The notes below the pieces were generated by a model. The model had not been told where the DNA came from. It worked only from the letters and a program-made list of their open reading frames with translations, and did no database searches. Both the position numbers and the translations under genes were made by a program. DNA of 64,000 bases from Phycisphaeraceae bacterium (GTDB taxonomy: Bacteria; Planctomycetota; Phycisphaerae; Phycisphaerales; Phycisphaeraceae), in NCBI GenBank assembly GCA_963674705.1, contig OY771506.1, positions 1,440,001 through 1,504,000 on the forward strand, read 5' to 3'. Below are positions 55,102-64,000 of this stretch, piece by piece; positions within the stretch are counted from its first letter, which is position 1, and the number at the start of each line of letters is the position of its first letter.

Positions 55102-57081
55102 TTATTGACGTTCCAGTGTTTTTTGGCCTTCCTTGTCTTCGACTACACCGGGGGCTTCGGTTTCCGCCTGTTCGTCTGCTAAGCCTTCCGGCATCGGGAA
55201 GAGTTCGTCAACCACTTCACCGTACCCACGATTCATTTCACGCTCCTGGTCTTTGACCGCTTGAATGAATCGGGGGTAACTGTCACGTCGGAAGTTGGGA
55301 TAGGAGTTGCGATATACCTGCGCCCGTTCGATCAAGTCGAAGTTGGGTGAACGCATGTACTTGACGTACGTGTCCATGAATAACTGTTCGAAGTTGTCCC
55401 AATCGATCAGCCGGCCGGAGCCACTTGGCGCGATCGGGTTGGCGTACTTGCGGTCTTTCATCAGTTCATCATTGATCTTGTTGGCGATCTCGATCTGCCG
55501 GCTGAATGTACGATAATCCGCCCGCGCCAGGCCTTCCCGCAACGACTTGATAATCAACGATTCCAAGAGCGGACGTGCGACCTGATCGGTCATCTGCCAA
55601 TCGGCCTTGATCTCCGTGACAATCAGGTCACGCAGCGGGACGCTGTATTTACTCTGGTTTGTAAACGGACTGATGTTGTACGGTTTTTGGCCGTAGAGGT
55701 CTCGCAGTTGTTTGTAATACGCCTGTGCTTTATCCAGGTCCCCATATAGATAAGAATAGAGCACCGCACGCAGCAGGAAGTTCTCATGACCCTGTTCGAA
55801 GCTCTGCGTGTTACCCGTGCCGGCCCAGTCGATGTTCATCTGCCGTTCGTTGGCTTCGGTCATGGCCTTGCCATAGGCGTCGATGAATCGCGGGTCAGGC
55901 ACGGTGTCCTGACGCATCGTCATAGGATTGAAGTTGATGGTCCCGGAGTTCATCAGCATCTGAAGCCCGTGGATCACTTGCCTGTCGGTGTTCAGCACAT
56001 CGATCTTGGTCTTGTCGCGTAGCTCACCGGCCTTCTCGACACCGGTCGCGCCCCAGTAGATCGCATGGCTGGCGGCATGACGCCAATCCATCGGCCCGAA
56101 CTTCTCCATCAGGGCGTACATCCGCTGCGGCTCCATGTGATAGTCCTCTATGAGGACACGCGCCCGCATGAACGCCACCACCTGACGCAACCCTTCCTGG
56201 TATTTAGGATCGCCCATCATGTCATACAGCTTCCGACCTCGTTCATCCAGCAACGGACCGTCCGGCCCAACCAACTCGCGTGGATCGGCGTACGGGCTGT
56301 ACATCAGGATCCGCCCGAACGTACGCAGGCATTGCTGGTCGATGTTAAACCCGAACTCACGGAGCTTCGCGACAACTTCACGTGTCCCAGGATGATCCTT
56401 GTACAGCAGGGTAAAGGGGTCTTGAGGCGTGGTGCCTTCGACCTCTTTGGGGAAGTACTTTTCTGCGGCCTCAGCGATGGGTTTGAAACGCTCTAACGCA
56501 ACCTCTGTTGTCGCACCTTCGGTTGGGTTACCCAGCAGTTCCTGCCACTCCTGCGCGAGTTTGGCTTTGTAGTACTGGTTCATATCGTCGGCGCGTTGGC
56601 CGATCTTGTGGAAGAACGTCCAGCCAAGCTGACGGTAGATCGCGATATTGTTCGGGTTATAGACGATCCCCTCATCGCGCAGCAGCTTGATGCCTTTATT
56701 GACCCAGTCCCAGCGTTCCTCAGGCGTGTGCGTGATGACGGAGATGTTGTAGGCCATGTTCCAGCTTTGGAAGACCCAGACCTGGCCGAAACGGGGCTGC
56801 AGTGTGGTGATCCATCCCGCGGTGGTGTTGGCTTCGAAGAGTTTGCCTTCGTTCTTGAGTTTTTCCGCGCGGTACCAGAGGAAGTCCACAATGATCCCGC
56901 GGAAGGTGCCCATGGCCGCAGCGAGGATGACGTACTTGGGTGCATCGGTGTAGCGTGTTTCCTGCACGATATCCAGGTCAACACGTTGCTGGTTGATCGG
57001 TTTGACCATTAACGATGAGCCAACCACGCACAACAGGGTGATACCAATTGCAACAAGTTGTACCCAGCGTCCGGGTTTCAT
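55102..57081 (-). CDS. Large membrane-anchored helical protein of unknown function
   Basis: N-terminal TM and motifs FRG..VD.LW.RA, LQPRF..VW.F.SWNMAYNISV and GI..NP. ATGA overlap with the upstream permease. Confidence 0.8.
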   Translation of the reverse strand: MKPGRWVQLVAIGITLLCVVGSSLMVKPINQQRVDLDIVQETRYTDAPKYVILAAAMGTFRGIIVDFLWYRAEKLKNEGKLFEANTTAGWITTLQPRFGQVWVFQSWNMAYNISVITHTPEERWDWVNKGIKLLRDEGIVYNPNNIAIYRQLGWTFFHKIGQRADDMNQYYKAKLAQEWQELLGNPTEGATTEVALERFKPIAEAAEKYFPKEVEGTTPQDPFTLLYKDHPGTREVVAKLREFGFNIDQQCLRTFGRILMYSPYADPRELVGPDGPLLDERGRKLYDMMGDPKYQEGLRQVVAFMRARVLIEDYHMEPQRMYALMEKFGPMDWRHAASHAIYWGATGVEKAGELRDKTKIDVLNTDRQVIHGLQMLMNSGTINFNPMTMRQDTVPDPRFIDAYGKAMTEANERQMNIDWAGTGNTQSFEQGHENFLLRAVLYSYLYGDLDKAQAYYKQLRDLYGQKPYNISPFTNQSKYSVPLRDLIVTEIKADWQMTDQVARPLLESLIIKSLREGLARADYRTFSRQIEIANKINDELMKDRKYANPIAPSGSGRLIDWDNFEQLFMDTYVKYMRSPNFDLIERAQVYRNSYPNFRRDSYPRFIQAVKDQEREMNRGYGEVVDELFPMPEGLADEQAETEAPGVVEDKEGQKTLERQ

Positions 57082-58916
57082 ACGGTGACCCTCGCCAATT
57101 CCTTGCCGCGGAAGATGATCCAACCGATAAAGCCCGTCAGACCCGTCCAGACCAGGCCCGCCCACGTGATGGCTCGGATGAGCATCTCGGTCGGGACAAT
57201 CCGCCCGTCAGAAACTAATGGCGCTGCGTTCAGTTCACCAAACGACGGCGCTACAAGCAGGAATCCGGAACCGATCAGCTTGATGATCATCTTGAACAGG
57301 TCGTAGTACTCGCCTTCGCTAATCAGGCTCAATGCCTTATCAATGATCCACATGATCTTGGCCCACAACGGCAGAGCATCGCTGGGGAAGGCCGCGTAAT
57401 ACTTCAAGGATTCGGCGATGTATGCGTTGCCTGCTGCCGTACAGTAGATCAACAGGCAAACCAGCGACGCCACGGGGAAACCCAGGTACGAACCCGCAGC
57501 CAATCCGAGCATCGCCAGGAACATCAGCCGCAACCAGATGATGCCGAACGACCGGATCAGGTTCGCCTCGAAGTCGCCCACACGATAGAGCACTTCAAGG
57601 CCGTCCTTGGGATTGAAGCTGAGCGCCGGTTGTTGCATGTTGCCGATCGCCGGGTTGGATATCTCAACATCCATCGTGCCGTTTTCATCGATCACCGCGG
57701 GATTGATGTCCAGCACGTGGAAGTTGTTCTCCGCCAGTTTCAAAAGACCGGCATCGGTGGTGATGCCCGGTTGGTAGAACGGTCGGCCGTTGATTCGCAG
57801 ACCAAGGAAACAGAAGCCTTCAAACGATTGCCCGGCAAGTTTGGGCTTAAAGCGTAATTGAAGCGGCTGCGAGTATTTTTTTGCGTCATTGAGCCCGGTG
57901 AACCGGTAGACCATGCTGGAACGATTGGGGATCGTAAACCAGCGCAGCATGACCTTTTGCTGGATGTCTGCGCGATCCATTGGGAGAACGACATCCGATG
58001 GGTCACCCGGGTTGCCGTATCGCTCAGGATCTTCATCGCGTAAACGTTCGAGCATGTCGTTGTACATGCTCTGAAGTGCGGCGGGCTCCGGTGGGATGGG
58101 CTCCAGGGCCTTGCGTGCGACAAGCACCTGGCTCTGAACCGCCAGCCGATCCGCATCGTCACGTGCCGGTTGCGCTTCGAGCAGCTTGGTGAACGCGTAA
58201 ATACCGGCACAGGCCACCGACAGCAGCAGCAGGTTCAACAGCGTGATCCCCAGCCACTTGCCCAGCAGGTACTCGCCTCGATGCAAAGGCTTGGTCAGCG
58301 TGATGTATATCTGCTTCTGCTTCTGCTCGCGTGTAATGGTCGCGATCGCCAGGAAGATCGTCATCAAACTCAGCAGGCCTGATGTCGCCATGAGCGACCA
58401 TGTCAGGAACGAGGTGATGCGGTACTTCAGGAAGTCTTCCTGGTCGATGGCGAATGGAAAGATCGCGATCAGCAGCGCCACCCCGATGATGAAGACGAGC
58501 GCGATCTTCATGCGGATGGCTTCATCGATGAGTGTACGTGCCACGCCGAAGATACCGATACTCGGCGAAAGCAACAGGCGTATCAGCCAGAGGCCCGCGT
58601 AAAAGATCATCGCCATCGCATATACGCCGGCAAGCGCGATGACCATATCTGTCGAGCCAAATGCCCAGCAGATCAGCATGAGGATTTGCATCGCGGCGGT
58701 AGCGATCAGGATCAATCCAAACCGGCGTACCCAGGGGACCGAACGCCAGACAATCAGGCCGTAGATAATCCACGCGTTGGCAAGAATGCCACCGATACGA
58801 CCAACCGTATTGCCGGCGATCCACGAGCCCTGTAATCGCAGCAAGATCGTAAGCCCCGTGCTCAAACCGAGCAGGGCCAGCAACACGATCAGCCACATCT
58901 TCCAGCTTTTGCGCAT
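57078..58916 (-). CDS. ABC-2-type transporter permease with a large extracytoplasmic domain
   Basis: Multiple TM segments and the E.K.KQIY..LTKP..R.EYLLGK.LG motif. Confidence 0.85.
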   Translation of the reverse strand: MRKSWKMWLIVLLALLGLSTGLTILLRLQGSWIAGNTVGRIGGILANAWIIYGLIVWRSVPWVRRFGLILIATAAMQILMLICWAFGSTDMVIALAGVYAMAMIFYAGLWLIRLLLSPSIGIFGVARTLIDEAIRMKIALVFIIGVALLIAIFPFAIDQEDFLKYRITSFLTWSLMATSGLLSLMTIFLAIATITREQKQKQIYITLTKPLHRGEYLLGKWLGITLLNLLLLSVACAGIYAFTKLLEAQPARDDADRLAVQSQVLVARKALEPIPPEPAALQSMYNDMLERLRDEDPERYGNPGDPSDVVLPMDRADIQQKVMLRWFTIPNRSSMVYRFTGLNDAKKYSQPLQLRFKPKLAGQSFEGFCFLGLRINGRPFYQPGITTDAGLLKLAENNFHVLDINPAVIDENGTMDVEISNPAIGNMQQPALSFNPKDGLEVLYRVGDFEANLIRSFGIIWLRLMFLAMLGLAAGSYLGFPVASLVCLLIYCTAAGNAYIAESLKYYAAFPSDALPLWAKIMWIIDKALSLISEGEYYDLFKMIIKLIGSGFLLVAPSFGELNAAPLVSDGRIVPTEMLIRAITWAGLVWTGLTGFIGWIIFRGKELARVTV

Positions 58917-58939
58917 GGTTCTCGCGTTGGGGGCAGGCG

Positions 58940-60178
58940 TTAGCCTTTGGTTTTGTTGTCCCCGTCCTTCTTTTGGATCAATGAATCAATCAGGCTCGTG
59001 TCGGCCTGCTGTTGGGGTTCCGGTTCTGGTTGCGCGGTTTTGCTTCCACTGGCAGGCTGACCACTGGTGGTGAGTGAGTCGATGACCTGCTCGGAGTGGT
59101 GGCGCGTTTCGTTCGCGGCGTGCTCCGCATCGGATGGGTGCTGTGGGCTCGCCGGGGCAGATCCTTTGCGCACCAGTTGATCGATAACAGCCTCGCCTTC
59201 GGTTTGTGAGGCATCGTCCTCACCGGAGAGGAACGAAGCGATCTTGCCGCCGGATTGTGCGCCGCTGGTTGCGATACCCGCTGCCTGTGCTTCTGCGACG
59301 ATGTTCAGGAAGAAAGTTTCCAGTTTCTGGCGCGGCCGACTCACGCTTGTGTCACAGATACCCTGCTGCTCGAGCATCGCGATGATACGCTCTTCAACTT
59401 CAGGCGTCATCGTAGGCGTGCTGATCAGTGTGCGGTCGTGTTCTTCCAGCAGTTCGTCGATCTGACCGTACCGGCGGACCTTCCCGCCATACATGATCGC
59501 AACACGGTCGGTGACATCTTCCACATCTGCCAGTAGGTGCGAGCAGAGCAGGATCGTCTTGCCGCGCTCGGCCAGGCTCTTGATCACGCGCTTCACGTCC
59601 GCGGTGGCGATCGGGTCCATGCCCGATGTCGGTTCATCGAGGATCAGCAGGTCCGGGTCGTTAATCAGCGCCTGGGCCAGGCCGACCTTCCGCTGCATAC
59701 CCTTGGAGTACTCCCCCACCGGTCGTCGGGCGACGTGCTGCAAGCCGACCATTTCCAAGAGCGTATCGATGCGCCCTTTGCGGATGGTGCGCTTCTGGTG
59801 AAACAGCTTGCCGTAGTATTCGAGTGTCTCGTAGGCATTGAGGAACGGGTAGAGGTACGATTCTTCGGGCAGGTATCCGATGCGTTGTTTGTTTTTAACA
59901 TCGCGTGGGTGTCGCCCGAAGACAGCGATACGCCCCGCCGTCGGATGCAGCAGGCCGAGGATGAGTTTGATGGTCGTGCTCTTACCCGAGCCGTTGGGAC
60001 CGAGCAGGCCGAACACTTCACCGCCGTAGATATCGAGATCGATTTCGTTGACCGCCTTAACGCGGTTGCGCAGCCAGAAGTCCTTGAAGACCTTGGTCAA
60101 GCCGACACACTTGACGATCGTGTTTCCAAGCGACTTATCGATGCTGTCGGCGGCAGGTTGTGCGGGTGCTTGCGTCAT
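58940..60178 (-). CDS. ABC transporter ATP-binding protein
   Basis: Motifs GPNGSGKST, YSKGMQRK, LILDEPTSG and SH, plus a low-complexity C-terminal tail. Confidence 0.95.
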   Translation of the reverse strand: MTQAPAQPAADSIDKSLGNTIVKCVGLTKVFKDFWLRNRVKAVNEIDLDIYGGEVFGLLGPNGSGKSTTIKLILGLLHPTAGRIAVFGRHPRDVKNKQRIGYLPEESYLYPFLNAYETLEYYGKLFHQKRTIRKGRIDTLLEMVGLQHVARRPVGEYSKGMQRKVGLAQALINDPDLLILDEPTSGMDPIATADVKRVIKSLAERGKTILLCSHLLADVEDVTDRVAIMYGGKVRRYGQIDELLEEHDRTLISTPTMTPEVEERIIAMLEQQGICDTSVSRPRQKLETFFLNIVAEAQAAGIATSGAQSGGKIASFLSGEDDASQTEGEAVIDQLVRKGSAPASPQHPSDAEHAANETRHHSEQVIDSLTTSGQPASGSKTAQPEPEPQQQADTSLIDSLIQKKDGDNKTKG

Positions 60179-60217
60179 GGTGATCTCGGATGAACTTATC
60201 TACAACTCATCTTAGGC

Positions 60218-61534
60218 CTACAGACCAGATTTTTCCTGGAGCTTCTGAATGCGTTCCTGTTCACGCTTACGAGATATCTCAGGATCGGTGTTGATTTCGA
60301 GGTAGAGTTGGCCGCCGTTGTTGTACATGGTTTCGACGTCGGCGGAGAAAATCTCCTCGCGTGCCTGCTCGCTTTCGCGGCTGATGAAAAGCTTGGGAGC
60401 TTCACGATACTTGCTGAGCAATTGCACGAAGCTGTTGGCCTCGCTCTTGATGCGTTCTACGGTTTCGGTGCGGTAGGTGTTGGCTTCGCTGATCAGCCGT
60501 GCCGCTTCGCCGCCGATCTGTGCCCCACCGTACTCAGCGGGCAGGCGCAGTTCATCAAACGCGGTGTCGATGACCTGCGCGAGCTGCTCTGCCTTATCAG
60601 TTTGGCCGGCGGACTGGGCCAGTTCGTATTCCTGCACCAGCTTGAACAACGCTTCGTGCGCCTCGCCCGCGGTCTCGTTCAGCAGGCTTGTCCGTTCCTG
60701 ACGCGCGGCGCTGATCTTCTGACCACGTTCACTCTCGGCATTGGTGACCAGGGCGTATGCCGGCTTCACGACCAGCGGCGCTTCGTTACCCTTGATATTC
60801 ACCTTCGTGATTTTGATGCCGGAGTCCATACTGTCGAGGACTTCCTGCATCCGATTTGCGATCTTCGCCCGGCTCAATTGCGACTTAATAAAATCATCGG
60901 CGCTGATCTGAGCTGTCGCGTAGACGACCCCCTGCTCCGCGACGCTTTCAACCAGTTTGTTGGCCTGTGAGAAGTCGTTGGGTTTGGGCATGCCAACGTT
61001 TTCGATGAACGCGATCACGTCGTGGATTTCGTAATACACCTCAAAACGACCGTGCACGATGTTGGCGTCACTGGTGATTAGCGAACCGTCTTTTTCCGGA
61101 TTCAATGGCCCGCCACGCGGGTTACCGGCGCTGTCGGTTGCATTGGTCTCATACCAGAAGGCTTTGTAGATACGGATGTCCTGCTCGGTGGTCGGGACCG
61201 CGATCTTTTCTTCGACCGGGTAGGGCCAACCCAGGTGCCAGCCTTGTTCGTAAACCTTGCCTTCGCCTGCGCCCACTATCTCACCGAACCGAAGCCGGAC
61301 CACTTTCTGCTGAGGTTCAACGATGAAGATGCCCGTGCACAGATACGCGATAAGCATCAGGAACATGATCGTTTTAAGGATCATGAAGCTGACGCGCATG
61401 GCGTCGGCCAGCGACTTCTGCGCGGGGTCCGAAGGCTCGAACGGCTCATGGTCATGATGGTGGTGGTGGTGGTGGCCGTGCTCACAGCCATCATCATGCG
61501 AGTGGATGAACGGGTTTTTTATTTTCTCAGCCAT
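60218..61534 (-). CDS. SPFH/HflK-like protein with His-rich N-terminus
   Basis: HSHDDGCEHGHHHHHHDH, a TM segment, V.LRFG, GWH.GWPYP and a coiled-coil region. Confidence 0.85.
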   Translation of the reverse strand: MAEKIKNPFIHSHDDGCEHGHHHHHHHDHEPFEPSDPAQKSLADAMRVSFMILKTIMFLMLIAYLCTGIFIVEPQQKVVRLRFGEIVGAGEGKVYEQGWHLGWPYPVEEKIAVPTTEQDIRIYKAFWYETNATDSAGNPRGGPLNPEKDGSLITSDANIVHGRFEVYYEIHDVIAFIENVGMPKPNDFSQANKLVESVAEQGVVYATAQISADDFIKSQLSRAKIANRMQEVLDSMDSGIKITKVNIKGNEAPLVVKPAYALVTNAESERGQKISAARQERTSLLNETAGEAHEALFKLVQEYELAQSAGQTDKAEQLAQVIDTAFDELRLPAEYGGAQIGGEAARLISEANTYRTETVERIKSEANSFVQLLSKYREAPKLFISRESEQAREEIFSADVETMYNNGGQLYLEINTDPEISRKREQERIQKLQEKSGL

Positions 61535-61580
61535 AGGTGATGTCTAAGGTCTGGTGTGTCGGGGCTTGTCTGTCTGCACA

Positions 61581-61614
61581 CAACGCCGGTCCTGAGCGAA
61601 GCGAAGGGCCGGGT
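61581..61614 (+). repeat. Family A element copy 3
   Basis: CAACGCCGGTCCTGAGCGAAGCGAAGGGCCGGGT with degenerate GGTCT-containing flanks. Confidence 0.8.
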
Positions 61615-61630
61615 GGTCTGGGGTTTATCT

Positions 61631-62581
61631 TTACTCTCGATTCAAGTCGGTGCTTTCACCGTTAAGCGGGCTCAGGAACCAGAGCTTGTTGGCGTCGAGG
61701 ATGAACGTCGTGTTGTTGGATAGCATTTCCTTGAGCGCATCGATCTGACGCTGGAAGATGGCAAAGTCCTGATCTTCACGGAAGGCGCTGAAGTACTGCG
61801 CGGCTTCGCGGTTACCTTCATCACGGATCGCCTGGGCACGACGCTCGGCAAAGGCGAGGATTCGCTTCTTCGCAGCTTCGGCCTGGGCCTTGATCTTGTT
61901 CGCTTCAGCGTTACCTTCCGAACGCGCCTTCTCGGCAAGCTGCTCACGGGTCTTGGTCATGCGGTCGAAGACCTTCTGCGTTGTCGCTTCAGGCAGAATG
62001 ATCCGGCGGATGCCGACCTGCTCCAGCTTGATGCCGTAGCCCGGCTGGATCGCACTGAGCTTGCCGCGCAGGAAGTCCAGACCCTCTTGCTCTATGTTCT
62101 CAAGCTTGACCTGATCGGGATTGGGATTCACCAACTGATCGAAGCGGTACTTCGAGACCACTTCGTTCAATTCACCCATCATGGAGATCAGTTGATCTTC
62201 CGCTTCCTTCTCGGTTTCAAGCCGCAGGAAGAACGCGTACGGGTCTTCGATACGCCACGCCAGGTACATCTTGACGGTGACCGAATACCCGTCGGCGGTC
62301 TGGATCTCGGTTAGCTGATCTTCCAGCAACTGGATCTTCTTGGAGTAAACGCGGACTTTCTGGATCGGCGTAGGCCATTTGAAGCCGTAACCGGGTTCCA
62401 GGATCAGGCTGCCGGGGTTGTCCGGATCGATGTTGCCGTCGGCGTCACGCTGCGGCTCCACGACCTTGTCCCAAGTGGTTCGGACCGCGACCTGGTCGTA
62501 ACGGACCTGGAACATGACCATGTAGACCAGCAGCACGGTGGCAACAGCCAGAGCTACGAGGAAGATGAGTTTGTTTTTCAT
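61631..62581 (-). CDS. SPFH/HflC-like protein
   Basis: N-terminal TM and motifs PG..FKWP, WRIEDP, VFDRM...R...A...RSEG and IR.EG..EAA. Confidence 0.88.
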   Translation of the reverse strand: MKNKLIFLVALAVATVLLVYMVMFQVRYDQVAVRTTWDKVVEPQRDADGNIDPDNPGSLILEPGYGFKWPTPIQKVRVYSKKIQLLEDQLTEIQTADGYSVTVKMYLAWRIEDPYAFFLRLETEKEAEDQLISMMGELNEVVSKYRFDQLVNPNPDQVKLENIEQEGLDFLRGKLSAIQPGYGIKLEQVGIRRIILPEATTQKVFDRMTKTREQLAEKARSEGNAEANKIKAQAEAAKKRILAFAERRAQAIRDEGNREAAQYFSAFREDQDFAIFQRQIDALKEMLSNNTTFILDANKLWFLSPLNGESTDLNRE

Positions 62582-62623
62582 TGCAGATGCGTCTCCAACA
62601 ATCGTTGGTGTGTTCTATGGATG

Positions 62624-64000
62624 CTACTTTTGCTGTGCTTCGATCCCCAGGCCCTCGAGGCCGGAGGTGGTGGTTTGAGCATTGATACGGATGATTGGCG
62701 GCAGTTCCTGCTCGCCGACGATGACGAATTTACGACGATCCTTAAGCGTTTCTTTGAGCGTGTTGAGGTATTCCCGGGCCATGTAGTATTTGGGTGCTTG
62801 CTGATACGCGTCATAGCGTGAAGCGGTCCTCATCGCACGAGCTCGTTCGCCCAGAGCGTATTCCCAACGATAAGCGCGGGCCTCATAAATCAACTTCGCC
62901 GCCTCACCACCCGCCTCGTCCAGCAAACGTTCGATCTCGGTCTTTTTCACCAGAACCTGATCCGCGATCTTGTCGGCCTCGGCCTGATCGTAGTTGTCGC
63001 CCAGTCGCATCGCCTCGAGTGATTGCTGCAACGTAACAACCCCCTGGATGGCTTCATCGATCAGTAGCGCCTTTTCCTTGGAGCCCGCGATTTCCGCAAG
63101 CTCCGAGACCGCTACACGCTGCGCCTCCTGGATCATGGTCTGTTTTTCCTGGCGGGCATCGATCTGCTCGTGGAACTTCGCCGCCACATCACCTTCACGC
63201 GGCGGGTGCACCGCGTTCAGACCCACGTAAACGACTTCGATACCGAGATTGAGTCCGTCGGCATCCGCCTGGATCTGCCCCTGCAGCACTTCAGATGCAT
63301 CGATGCGCGCCGTCGTGAGCAACTCATCAATATCATGCGTGGCAAAGTACTGGTTGAATCGGCGTTCAGACAAGGATTCAAGCAACCGAACCGGATGCTT
63401 CGGATCGTCCAACGCCATCTTGCTGTAGTCCAGCAGACCATCTTCCGCGATGCGGTACTTGACGATGCCCAGCCCGCCGGCCAGTTCACCGGCAACGGTT
63501 TCGGTTTGTTGCTGAGCGTTCTGATCGGTCGCGTTGTCGACCAGTTGCGTCGGCGCGGTCACCATGTACTGCTCTTGTTCGCCGGTGTGTTGCGTGGTCC
63601 AGAGGATCGGGACATCTCGGTTGAAGCTATCGGCTGACGAGCCGACATTGATCTCGTGGACGCGAGAGGCGTCGAACTTATATGCCAGACCCAACGGCCA
63701 AGGCATCTTCCAGTGCAGGCCCGGACCGACAACGCTGCTGTCTGTCAGATGCCCCCAGCGTGTGATGACGGCTTTCTGGTGTGGCTCCACCAGCACCGCC
63801 GAACTGAGCAGGAACAGCACGATAATGCCGACAACGATCAACGGCGTGACGGCCTTGGCCAGCAGGCGGTAGAACCAGCTATCCGACACCTCGAAGCCGA
63901 ACTGGTAGTTGATCGCTTCGCCGATGATCTTGCCGAGAGATTCGTAGTGGGTCAGCCAGCCAAGGATGCGGCTGTCGAACGCCGCACGCGGGCGCTGGCC
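62624..64000 (-). CDS. SPFH/HflK-like protein with N-terminal membrane extension (5' end outside the window)
   Basis: The frame is open to the window edge (RAAFDSR..INYQFGFEVSDSWFY). Motifs GPGLHWKMPWP and VHPP. Confidence 0.85.
   Translation of the reverse strand, partial: GQRPRAAFDSRILGWLTHYESLGKIIGEAINYQFGFEVSDSWFYRLLAKAVTPLIVVGIIVLFLLSSAVLVEPHQKAVITRWGHLTDSSVVGPGLHWKMPWPLGLAYKFDASRVHEINVGSSADSFNRDVPILWTTQHTGEQEQYMVTAPTQLVDNATDQNAQQQTETVAGELAGGLGIVKYRIAEDGLLDYSKMALDDPKHPVRLLESLSERRFNQYFATHDIDELLTTARIDASEVLQGQIQADADGLNLGIEVVYVGLNAVHPPREGDVAAKFHEQIDARQEKQTMIQEAQRVAVSELAEIAGSKEKALLIDEAIQGVVTLQQSLEAMRLGDNYDQAEADKIADQVLVKKTEIERLLDEAGGEAAKLIYEARAYRWEYALGERARAMRTASRYDAYQQAPKYYMAREYLNTLKETLKDRRKFVIVGEQELPPIIRINAQTTTSGLEGLGIEAQQK

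Overview
GC-rich bacterial chromosome segment. The gene content (prepilin/DUF1559-type proteins, many PEP-CTERM proteins with dockerin-like tails, an HYExAFE protein, a CxCGYDL..CPECG membrane protein) points to Planctomycetota, probably Phycisphaerae (inference). Housekeeping genes include cysC (frameshifted), ileS, hisS, valS, ffh, recO, rsmD, an adk-like kinase, Rrf2-iscS-iscU-iscA and tRNA-Pro(TGG). Accessory content includes nine PEP-CTERM genes, five pilin-like genes, two REP-associated tyrosine transposases each bracketed by its own REP pairs, an IS3-family element beside a decayed low-GC island at tRNA-Pro, and an operon of three SPFH proteins, an ABC ATPase, a permease and a large membrane-anchored protein. 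The most notable unannotated signals are: (1) a complete Ile-leader-peptide attenuator upstream of ileS, with a parallel Val-containing leader upstream of valS; (2) a stand-alone ~250-nt multibranched structured RNA at ~49966-50217 with its own promoter and terminator; (3) low-GC in-frame segments and heptamer repeats inside aminoacyl-tRNA synthetase genes; (4) several dispersed hairpin-repeat families, some coupled to heptamer arrays; (5) many apparently leaderless genes. All calls were made by eye, without database searches.
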